Positions 53,431 through 64,000 of a stretch of 64,000 bases of DNA are shown in pieces (the first letter of the stretch is position 1; each line of letters begins with the position of its first letter). Under the pieces are notes generated by a model. That model was not told where the DNA came from and did no database searches. It was given only the letters and a program-made list of their open reading frames with translations. Source of the stretch: Octopus vulgaris (lineage: Eukaryota). The stretch lies in contig OX597839.1 in NCBI GenBank assembly GCA_951406725.2, positions 24,242,001-24,306,000 of the forward strand, written 5' to 3'. The translations under genes were made by a program, and so were the position numbers.

Positions 53431-54642
53431 ACAATGTATGGTGGCGTAGTGGTTAAGGTGTTGCACATTGTGTCCTTAAGCAAGACACTTCATTTCACAT
53501 TGCTCCAGTACACTCAGCTGTGAATGGGTAACATCTTGATGGACTGGCTTTCTGTTCAGGGAGGATGCTGATCTGTCCTGCCTACCTGGTTAGGTGGCAT
53601 CATTGGAAAGCGGCACAATGTGAGGAAGCGCATTGTGACAAGTGGTGTACAACAATATCCAATTGTGTGGTTGATATCATGATACCGTGATATGTGTGTG
53701 TGTGTGAATACATGACCTAGTGGTTAGGGTGTTACACTCAGGATTGCGAGATCATGGTTTCAATTCTCAGGCCAGTAGGCGCATTGTGTTCTTGAGCAAA
53801 ACACTCCACTTTATGTTGTTTCAGATCACTCAGATGTAAATGAATAACTCCGTGAGGGACTGGGATTCTATCCAAGGGGAATGTCGATCTGCCCTGCCAA
53901 CCAAGTGATGGAAGGAGGGAGGGGAAGGAACAGTGAGAGTGATAGAGAGAGGGATAGAGGGAGGAAAAGATGGAGAGAGAGAGAGGAAGAAGGAAAAGAT
54001 GGAGGGAGGGAGGGGAGGGAAAGATAGGAGAGAGAGAGAGAGAGGAAGGAGGAAATGATGGAGGGAGGGAACGAACAGAGATAGTGACGGAGAGAGGGAG
54101 GAGGAAAAGATGGAGAGAGGGAGGGGAGGAACAGAGAGAGTGAAGGGAGCAAGAGAGAGAGTGAGAGCAGGAGAAAGGAAGAAAAGATAGGAGAGGGAAG
54201 GAGGAGAGAGAAGAAGGAGAGGGAGGAAGAGATGTAGAGAGAGAGGGAGGAAGAGATGGAGAGAGAAGAGATGTTGAGAGAGAGGGAGAAGGAAAGAGAG
54301 TGATAGGGGAGAGGAGGAAGAGAGAGCGAGAGAGCAAGAGATGAGGTCCCTTAAGTGCTTCCTTAATCTTCAAAATGGCTGTTTCAAAAGTGTGTCAGAT
54401 GAAAACATCTTTGCAGTATTAAGTTACGTCCCTTTTATGTCTTGGACGGGCAAACCAACCAGAGACAAAACCCCCTTGCTCGGTTCCACATCCTTCCACT
54501 GGGTTATCTAGAATATGCACCACCTGTTGAGTACCAAAATTCACAGAAGGAATTATTCCTCACTTGGCTAAAACATTTGGAATGTGATTCATAAATTTGT
54601 AGAAGAGAGTGGCTCAATTGTTAAAATTGGCCACACAGTATT

Positions 54643-55018
54643 GTTACTTCCACCTTAGCGAAGATGGAGGTATTGTTTTCATTTGTGTTTGTTTGTTTGT
54701 CTGTCCGTGGACAAGATATCTCAAGAACTGCTGGGTGGATTTGGATGAAACTTTCAGGGATGTTTGGCCTCATGACTGGCATGAACTGATTAGATTTTGG
54801 GATCAATCTGGTGCCAGACCAGACAAGGATTCTGGATTATTTTTCCATTTTTTTTTAGTTTAATTTTTGAGAGCAGCCGGGTTCATTTTTAGTATTCTCG
54901 TTTGTGAGAGCAGTCAAGTCTATTTCGGATATTCTCATTTTAAAAATCATCTTCGGCCAATCGTTGAGAGGACATTGATATTGCCTTGGCAGAGGTTTGC
55001 ACTTTCTGAGTGCTCGTT
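54643..55018 (+). mobile_element. Helentron-associated (HINE/DINE-1-like) non-autonomous element
   Basis: 5' TTACTTCCACC..GATGGAGGTA hairpin, (GTTT)n/GTCTGTCCGT microsatellite, GATTTGGATGAAACTT core, 3' subTIR CCTTGGCAGAGGT and terminal hairpin GCACT-TTCTG-AGTGC, in a T-rich site. Confidence 0.7.
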
Positions 55019-55024
55019 ATTATT

Positions 55025-55245
55025 AAAGTGGCAAGCTGGCAGGATCGTTAGCATGCTAGATGAAATGCTTAGCGGTATTTCCTCTGCTGCTACATTCCAA
55101 GTTCAAATTCCACCGAGGTCGACTTTGCCGTTCATCCTTTCGGAGTCGATAAATTAAGTACCAGTTCAACACTGGGATTGCCGTGATTGACTTACCTCCT
55201 TTCCCAAAATTCCAGGCCTTGTGCCAATAGTAGAAAGGATTATTA
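55025..55245 (+). mobile_element. SINE family B
   Basis: Head, B box, central domain and (TTA) tail. Confidence 0.88.
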
Positions 55246-55507
55246 TCATTACTATTCCTGAGTCTTGAGAATTGGACCCCACGTTTCCTCTGCATGTTGT
55301 AGAAAGTGAAGGAAAGGGGTTGAAGTAGGATTTGTACCCTTATCACATGGAAACCCCTTACCAGCAAAAAGTACCCAAAACAGGTCCATTGGGTTGGAGG
55401 GTTGGGGCCTGAATGGTGCAAAGGTGCCATCCACCAGGAATATTAGGGAGTCACCTATAGATGGGGGATGCAGTAATGTGCTGTTAGAGCAAATGCCCCC
55501 CCCCCCT

Positions 55508-55541
<34 letters not shown>

Positions 55542-56536
55542 GAATGAAAAAATAATGCTGATCCCTAACAGAAACTGAACATAGGAATATCGAACAACCC
55601 CACCAAATACTTGATAACATTCAATATTGTAGATTAATATTTAAGGTGTACATCAATCAGGATTTGTTGTGTATATGAATCTGAGAACTTCTGCGCCGAT
55701 GCACAGGCCCAGGCCAACTTTTATGCACCATCGTCAGCTCATGTCCACTTTTCCATGCTTTTATAGGTCTGACAACTTATCAAGGCAGATTTTCTATAGA
55801 TGTCCTCGTTGCCAACCACCGCCTGTTTCTAAGCAACCTAACATTTTCCCTTGGCTAGGTAAGTTTGCACAGGCAAAAGGAAATAATAATAATAATCCTT
55901 TCTACTATAGGTACATAGCCTGAAATTTTTGTGGGGAAGGGGGCCAGTCGATTGCATTGACCCCAGTGTTCAACTGGTACTCGTTTTACTGACCTTGAAA
56001 GGATGAAAGGCGCAGCCGACCTTGGAGGAATTTGGGTTCAGAATGAGAAGATGAATGAAATGCCGCTAAGCTAACGATTCTGCCATGGTTCCTAATTTAG
56101 ATGCAAGGGCAGCAATTTTGAGGGAAGGGGTTTAGTTGCTGCCACTGACCCCAGTATTCTGGTACTTTCATTTGGTAAGCCCAGTGGAGGATGAAAGGGG
56201 AAGTTGAGACCTCGGAGCACAGCCACAACATACGCTGGCAAATCATTTTCATCAAACACTCTAATGATTCAATATTTCAACTCCACAAGGTGCTTAGGAA
56301 AAGCAACAACAACAAAAATTAAATCCCATGCAAATCTATGTTTAATCAAGGAATTTCTGGCTCGTTAGTGGAAATATTTGAGCAATTAGTGACCGGTTTC
56401 ATGTCAAAGACAGCCAGTTTTGGGTAACAAAAGTTACCAAACTAAATCACAAAACGTAACCCAGCCCAAAACCCACAAGATATAGCTTGTTGGTGTGACT
56501 GCTGCCATTAACTTAAAGAATAACCACAGGATGTGA

Positions 56537-56866
56537 AGGTGCATGGCTCAGTGGTTAGAGCATTAAGCTTTTGATCAAGAAGTTCTGAGTTCAATTCCTG
56601 GACCGGGCTGCGTGTTGTATTCTTGAGCAAGACACTTTATTTCACGTTGCTCCAGTTAACTCAGCTGTAGAAATGAGTTGCGACATCACTGGTGCCAAGC
56701 TGTATCGACCTTTGCCTTTCCCTTGGATAACATGGGTGGCATGGAGAGGAGAGGCTGGTATGCATGGGCAACTGCTGGCCTTCCACAAACAACCTTGCTG
56801 GACTTGTGACTCGGAGGGGAACTTTCTAGGTGCAATCCCATGGTCATTCATGACCAAAGGGGGTCT
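56537..56866 (+). mobile_element. SINE family C, full length
   Basis: GGTGCATGGCTCAGTGGTTAGAGC...GAGTTCAATTCC head. Confidence 0.9.
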
Positions 56867-57409
56867 CCTCATCTACAGATGTTCAAGACAAGAACCCTCA
56901 ATCGCTCTCTCCCCCATCCATCAGTCAAAATTCTGTGACAAACATAGTGCTCTCTGCAGCGCCTTACTCATCATAGAATTGCTTAAACTTTCTCAACCAT
57001 TGAAAGAACATCAATGAATTTTAACTTCTCTTTCTGCCATGTTTCATGCGATTTCTTCATGTTTTACCAGAGTAAAAACGTTGTGAAGCCATAGAAAGAT
57101 TTAGAACTATTTGACATTAATCTTTTTGGTTCAGGAAAACACCAAAAAAAAAAAAAAGAAAAAAAAAAAAGAGAAGAAAATCTAAAAGCAAAAATGGAAA
57201 AATCAATCCAAGAAAACCAAACAACAAATTATTTTTAAATCTGAGAATTTCATTTTCCTTTCTTTTTTAATCTTTATTAAATTCTAAATTTGACTCGAGG
57301 ATTTAATCGAGAGCAAGATTAAGCTTAACATCACCTATCTAGATTGTTCATTGATGTGACTATACACACTGATGTGACTACAGTCACATTAACAATATAC
57401 ACCAATCTA

Positions 57410-57872
<463 letters not shown>

Positions 57873-58523
57873 GTAGGCACTCGCACATACACAAACAACG
57901 TTTCCTATTGCCAACAACAGAAATGAGTGTATTTAGAACTTTACAAACTGCAATAACAAACGAACGAATGCAGTTTCATTCTTTCTTCTTTCTTCTTGTT
58001 CTTGCTTTTACACTTTTCCTATTGTAAAGCGTTTATCGATCAAATTTATTTATTTATCTAATTAAGTTAAAATCCTTTTCAAAAAATTAATTCTCCTATT
58101 TGTCAAGTCTCGAAAGCAAATTGAATCCATCGCTGACTCGGACAAAATCTTTGCAATAAAAATCATCGCGTCGCACAACAATGGCCATTGAGAGATAACA
58201 ACGGAATTGGAGAAACACAAAACAACAATACCAGGAAAGAGAGAAGAGTGGTGGAGGGCGAGGGTGGAAGCGGGGGGGGGGGAGATATTGATAATGGCAG
58301 AAGCAACATTCAAAAAAATTCTAGAAACGCTTATTTATTTATTAAATACAAATTAAAAGACAATTTACATTGTGAAACAGTTTCCAGCTTATTGGTAATC
58401 TACCTTTTGAGAACAAAAGAACAGAACTTCTGGGGTCATCCCCACCACCTCTCATGCTCTACTGCTGCTATTTTTTAACCCTTGGTCTGTCCTATACTCA
58501 AATATATCTCAATCATGACCATC

Positions 58524-58936
58524 GCAGGAGTGGCTGTGTGGTAAGTAGCTTGCTAACCAACCACATGGTTCCGGGTTCAGTCCCACTGCGTGGCATCTTG
58601 GGCAAGTGTCTTCTGCTATAGCCCCGGGCCGACCAATGCTTTGTGAGTGGATTTGGTAGACGGAAACTGAAAGAAGCCTGTCGTATATATGTATATATAT
58701 ATATATATATATGCATGTGTGTGTTTGTGTGTCTGTGTTTGTCCCCCTAGCATTGCTTGACAACCGATGCTGGTGTGTTTACGTCCCCGTCACTTAGCGG
58801 TTCGGCAAAAGAGACCGATAGAATAAGTACTGGGCTTACAAAGAATAAGTCCCAGGGTTGATTTGCTCGACTAAAGGTGGTGCTCCAGCATGGCCGCAGT
58901 CAAATGACTGAAACAAGTAAAAGAGTAAAAGAGAGT
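58524..58936 (+). mobile_element. SINE family A, full length, young
   Basis: Head through the (GTAAAAGA)n tail. Confidence 0.95.
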
Positions 58937-59059
58937 ATCTCATCACACCCCCCCCCCCGTGTGCAGGGAAACCAGGACTGAATTTCTCAACAGGATCTTT
59001 TTTTTCTTAAGATGGTAAGGTGTAATTTGAGGGAGACTTCACTGCTGTTTCTAAGAAAC

Positions 59060-59640
59060 AAACCGGTAATGGTAACAGCGATGGCAGCGGTGGTTGTTAG
59101 TGGTGATGGTCACGGTGGGAGTGGCAGAAGGGATAATAATGGTGATGGTGACAGAACCATTAAGTGGTGGTGAGCCACATAGACCTATGATCAAACAAAA
59201 ACCCAGTCGTGACCATCCCATCCCATCCCATCTTTGGAGATGGTAACATACTGGTAGTGGCGATGGTGGTAGTGGTGATGCGACGGTGGAGGCAGTGACG
59301 GTTGTAGTGGTGATGATGATGGCTGTAGTGGTGGTGATGGTACGAGTGGTGGATGTGGTGGTGGTGGTGGTAGTGGAAATGGCAGTGATGGTGATAGTAA
59401 CGATGGTGGTGGTGGTGGTGGGGGATTACACAGCAATGATGATGGTAGCCTAAATAGTATTTATTGATGAAGTAATGGTATGGCACCGATAGTTTCTGAA
59501 ATGGTGATATGTTTGTGTTGTAGTAGAACAGTGGTAGTTGTGCGATGACACTGTTGTAGTAATGGTTGTGGTGGTTGTTAGTCGTGATGGTCGCGGCGGT
59601 AGCAGCTGAAGGGATAATAATAATGCCAGTGGTGATTGAC
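59060..59640. repeat. Degenerate (GGT/GAT)n low-complexity region
   Basis: Directly visible. The His-rich ORF is an artefact. Confidence 0.8.
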
Positions 59641-61944
59641 ACAGACCTATGATCAAGCACAATCCAACAGTGACCACCAGCCTCCTCTTTTTGTACTTGT
59701 AAAGGACCCAGAGACCCCGTTACCGAACGTGCCCTCCCCTAAGGAAATTGAGTGTGATTTGAGAGAGAGAGAGAGAGAGAGATATTTGGCTGTTATGTTT
59801 AGCAGGTCGGTCGACCACATAGATGTACCGTTACTGGCGAGAGTGGTGGCAGGTGGAGGCACGCGCGATGCGGCGGCGGCGGGGGGTGGGTAGTTAGGGA
59901 AGCTAGAAAGGTAGGATGAGATGTGATTTGGAGAAAATTACACAGCTAGATAAACAATTAGTGTTAATGAGAGAAATTATAGAGATAGGTGAGATAGATA
60001 GATAGATAGATAGTGAAAAAGGAGGAGGGAATGGTAAAGGAGAGAGAGAAGGTGAGAAAGAGAGAGAGAGAGACGGTAGATTGTAGAGAGAGAAGGAGGC
60101 AGGTTGTAGAGAGAGTAGAAACAAAGAGGAGGAAAAGATTGTATTGGGAGGGAAAGGCAGATTGTAGGGAGGGAGAGAAGAGGAAATTGAAGAGAGGGGA
60201 AAAGGAAGATTGTAGAGAGAGGGGAGAAGACAGACTGTAGAGAGATAGGGAGAAGGCAGATAGAAGAGAGAGCGAAAACAGAATGAGGAGAGGTGGGCGG
60301 TAAACTTGAAAAGGGAGAAAGTGAGAGAGAAGGAATCTTCTTAAGAGAGAGAGGTATAGCAAAACATAAAGGGGAAAGGGAAAGAGATAGGTTTACACTT
60401 TCCCTCCTACTATCTGTTAATGTAGTGATAGTGAGAGGGTAGAGAAGTAAAAAGAAAGACTGGGTAAAGGGGGGTAGGGAGAGCAGATAAGAAAATGAGA
60501 GAAAAGAGAAATTGAAGAGGGAAGAATAGAAAGAGGAAGATGGAGAATTATTGATAGTCTATATATATATATATGTGTGACAGATAGATAGATAGAAAGA
60601 GAGAGAGAGAGACGGAAAGGATGAATAGAGAGGTAGTGACTGAAGAGAAGTTAAGTAGAGAAAGATGAATAGAGAATGAATGTGTGAAGCGAGAGAGGGT
60701 GAGTGACAGTAGAGTAGAGAGAGGGAGGTTGAGTAAAGAGAGAGAGTAAAATTAGAGAGGGTGGGTAAAAATAGAGAGAGCAAGAAAGGGATAGGGAAAC
60801 ATCGAAGAGTGAGGGAAAACGAAAGAGAGTTAAAGAGGAGGGAGGGAGAGAGAGAGAATGAACAAGCAGAAGGTAAATGAGAAGGTGAACAGAGAGTGAG
60901 AGAGAGAGGAGGTGAACAGAGAGCTGGAGAGAGAGAGAGAGAGAGAGAGAGAGGAGGAGGTGAACAGAGAGCTGGAGAGAGAGAGAGAGGAGGAGGTGAA
61001 CAGAGAGCGGGAGAGAGAGTGTGTGTGTGTATGTGTATATGTATGTATGTGTGTGTATACGCTTGTTCTTACCATACGTATGTGAATCTTACATTGTGTG
61101 TGTGTGTCTGTATATGTGTGTGATGGCGTGTGTATATACTTGTAACTGTATGCGTCTCTGTGTGTGTGTATGCGTCTGTATGTATCTCTGTGTGTGTGTG
61201 TGTGTATGCGTCTGTATGTATCTGTGTGTGTGTGTCTGCGCCGTTGCAATCTGTCCGCTGCTGTTACTAGCGCCGTGTTATCATCTTCCATTGATAGTTG
61301 CTAACCCATCAACTCCATATTGATCTCTTTCTACAGTTGTATGCAGCTTTTCACCGAGCAAACACAACATTGTAAACCTCGCCTATAAAATACACCAATA
61401 CAAAAACGTTCAAGTCGGATCTTTACAGCACCGCTAATGACAAAATATTCAACCTCATTGATTTTTTCGCCTGGCTTTTCTCTCTCTCTCTCTCTCTGGC
61501 ACGCCGAAGCCATAACGTATGGCTGTGTGTGTGTGTCTGTGCGTGTGTCTGTGTGTGTGTCTGTGTGTGTGCCTGTCTATGCATGCATCTGAGTGTCTCT
61601 GTGTGTGTATGTGTGGCCGTGTGTGTGCGCCTGTCTATGCATGTATCTGTGAGTGTTTCTGCGTGAGTCTGTGTGTGCGCCTTTCTATGCATGTATCCGT
61701 GAGTGTCTGTGTGTGAGTGTGTCCGTGTCCACACGCGTCTATCAGTATCTGTATTTCTGCCTGTGTCTGTGCGTGTATATACACTTGTATAGGTGTATGT
61801 ATGCGTGCATATGGAAGTTACATGTAGCTCACTTTCATCTCTCTCTCATACACACTGTCTATATCCATCCATCCATCAATTTATCTGCCTGTCTTTATAA
61901 ATCACCTATTTATCTACTTATCTATCAATCAATCTGCCTTACCA

Positions 61945-62341
61945 ACCTATCTATCTCTACACACTCACATCTATCTATCCACACACACACACATCTATCT
62001 CTACACACACTCACATCTATCTATCTATACACACACACACACATCTATCTATCTCTACACACACTCACATCTATCTATCTATACACACTCACATCTATCT
62101 ATCTACACACACACATCTATCTATCTATACACACATCTATCTATCTCTACACACACACATCTATCTATCTATACACACATCTATCTATCTATACACACAC
62201 ACATCTATCTATCTATACACACACACATCTATCTATCTCTCTCTACACACACATCTATCTATCTATACACACACACATCTATCTATCTCTCTACACACAC
62301 ATCTATCTATCTAAACACACACATCTATCTATCTATCTATA
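61945..62341. repeat. (ATCT)n(AC)n higher-order minisatellite, ~22-bp unit
   Basis: Directly visible. Confidence 0.93.
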
Positions 62342-62869
62342 TTTCGCCTTGCCCAAGACTCTCTCTACCCCCTCACTCGTTGTTCACCCCCCCTTCTCAA
62401 TTACATTCTCAACTCTCTCTCTCTCTCTCTTCCCCTCTAACATTTCCCTTGTCACACCTCTCTCCTCTCTCATACCCTCCCATCACTTTCACTGTCACAC
62501 CTACACCTCCCTCCGTTTTCCTGTCACAGCTTCCATCTATTTCCAATAATCACATCAGGCTTTTATCTGCCATCACATCTTATTCCAGTCACACTTTCTT
62601 AGCGATTCAACCACCTTCCTCTTCTCCCATCTCCCCAGTCGCATTTACACTCCGCCGCGTCACCTCCCCATCCTATCTTTTCGAAACACTTTCCTGTATT
62701 TGTCACACCAGCGGTTCCACATCGATACAGTCACACTTCGAACACTGTAACACCTCACAACCGTTACACCTACTCCCCCCTCTCTCTCTATCTCTCACTT
62801 CTATATCTATCTTCTCAGTCACATCTCCCTTGCATACATCCAGCCTGTCACACCACCATCTATCTCCAC

Positions 62870-62983
62870 CAAACATGGGCAACCTTTCTCGAGAAGCGGG
62901 CCGCAAGAGACATGGTACATCAAGCGGGCAATTCAAGGTAATTTGTCGTAAGGTGTACCATTCAGAAAGTCCCGCGGACCACT
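62870..62983. mobile_element. Possible short degenerate hAT MITE
   Basis: CAAACATGGGCAACCTTT..GCGGGCCGCA left end; ..CGCGGACCACTG right end. Confidence 0.35.
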
Positions 62984-63519
62984 GATCGCCCATGACCCTT
63001 ACCCTATCGGTCAGGCTACTTCCCTGACATCTATTAGCCACACCATTCCACTATATATCCATTCTGTCAGTCACACTAACCCTCCTAAATCAATCGTCTC
63101 AATAAAACCAGTCATCAATCTTCGATACTCAATAAATTCTACGAAGGAACCGAGCCAGCATAGACATTGCTGTCGGTAAAAAAAAAGGTGGGGGTGTTCG
63201 TCGTGGCAGCGGAGATGGTGGAGAAGAATGACTCTGGCGGCAGTAGTGGTGGGGTATTGGTATTAACAAGAAGTATGATCAAAAATTTCCTCCCGTGACC
63301 ACCCAGTCGTTTCTATTGTCCAAACGTATCCACCCCAACTCACTTTTTGGAACGAAAGCAAAGATTTTAGGGATTACTGCTATTACTAGCAGATTAGAAG
63401 ACCGCATAGAGGCTTTCTCGTCGGCTCGGCGGTCATTATGGTGGAGATGGCGGAGTCGGAGATAGTGGTCACAGTCATGATGGTGGTGGTGGTGGTGGTG
63501 GTGGTGGTGGTGGCGAGAG

Positions 63520-63750
63520 CAGTGGTAATAACGATGGTGGAACGGCGTCGATGCTGGTGGTGGAGACGGCGAAGATAGCGGTAAGAACGGTGGTGGTGGT
63601 GGAGACGGCGAAGATAGAGGTAACAACGGTGGTGGTGGTGGAGACGATGAAGATAGAGGTAAGAACGGTGGTGGTAGTGGTGGTGGAGACGGCGAAGATA
63701 GCGGTAAGAACGGTGGTGGTGATGGTGGCGACGGCGGGGGACAACGGTAA
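63520..63750. repeat. 39-45-bp GGT-rich minisatellite
   Basis: GGAGACGGCGAAGATAGCGGTAAGAAC(GGT)n repeated 4 times, with degenerate flanking units. Confidence 0.9.
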
Positions 63751-64000
63751 AATATGACCATGGTGGCGCAGGCGACGACGACAATCACGACGACGACGCC
63801 TGGCAGTTACCGAAGTAGTAGCAAAGGCGATGGGAGTAGCGGTGATAGGTAACGCTGTCGAGTGATAGCGGCAATAATAATACCAGTGGTGGTGGCGGCG
63901 ACGGCGGCGGCGGAGGCGAGCAGCAGCCGACAGTGGCGACGGCGGCGAGCAGCAGCCGACAGCGGCGGCGACGTGCTAAAGAGACGCCTCTCCGAATATT

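Noticed and set aside
56537-56605. tRNA-like sequences
   Set aside because: A and B boxes are SINE heads continuing into SINE bodies; no full cloverleaf.
63279-63788. Pro/His-rich ORFs
   Set aside because: Reverse translation of a GGT-rich minisatellite.

Overview
Repeat-rich, AT-rich animal genomic DNA. The SINE and microsatellite content looks like an octopod cephalopod (inference from pattern recognition, not a database result). It reads as a long intron or gene desert: no complete protein-coding gene is visible, and nearly all ORFs in the track are microsatellite or SINE artefacts. Contents: many copies of about five short retroposon families (called A-E here), 3' relics of RTE/BovB-like and CR1-like LINEs, hAT, piggyBac-like and mariner MITEs, a Helentron/HINE-like element, Penelope-type hammerhead-ribozyme relics, and very long (TA)n, (CA)n, (AAT)n and (GA)n tracts. 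The best leads are: (1) a ~110-bp, ~95% identical inverted repeat at 45565-45841 whose arms each carry a correctly spaced TATA + Inr motif pointing outward; (2) an isolated minus-strand candidate exon at 50266-50315/50334 with two acceptors; (3) minimal hammerhead motifs at 4553-4590 and in an inverted pair at 6785-7106; (4) two different modes of tandem SINE array formation. I cannot confirm a new biological system from sequence alone. Repeat boundaries are read by eye and approximate unless TIRs or TSDs are quoted.
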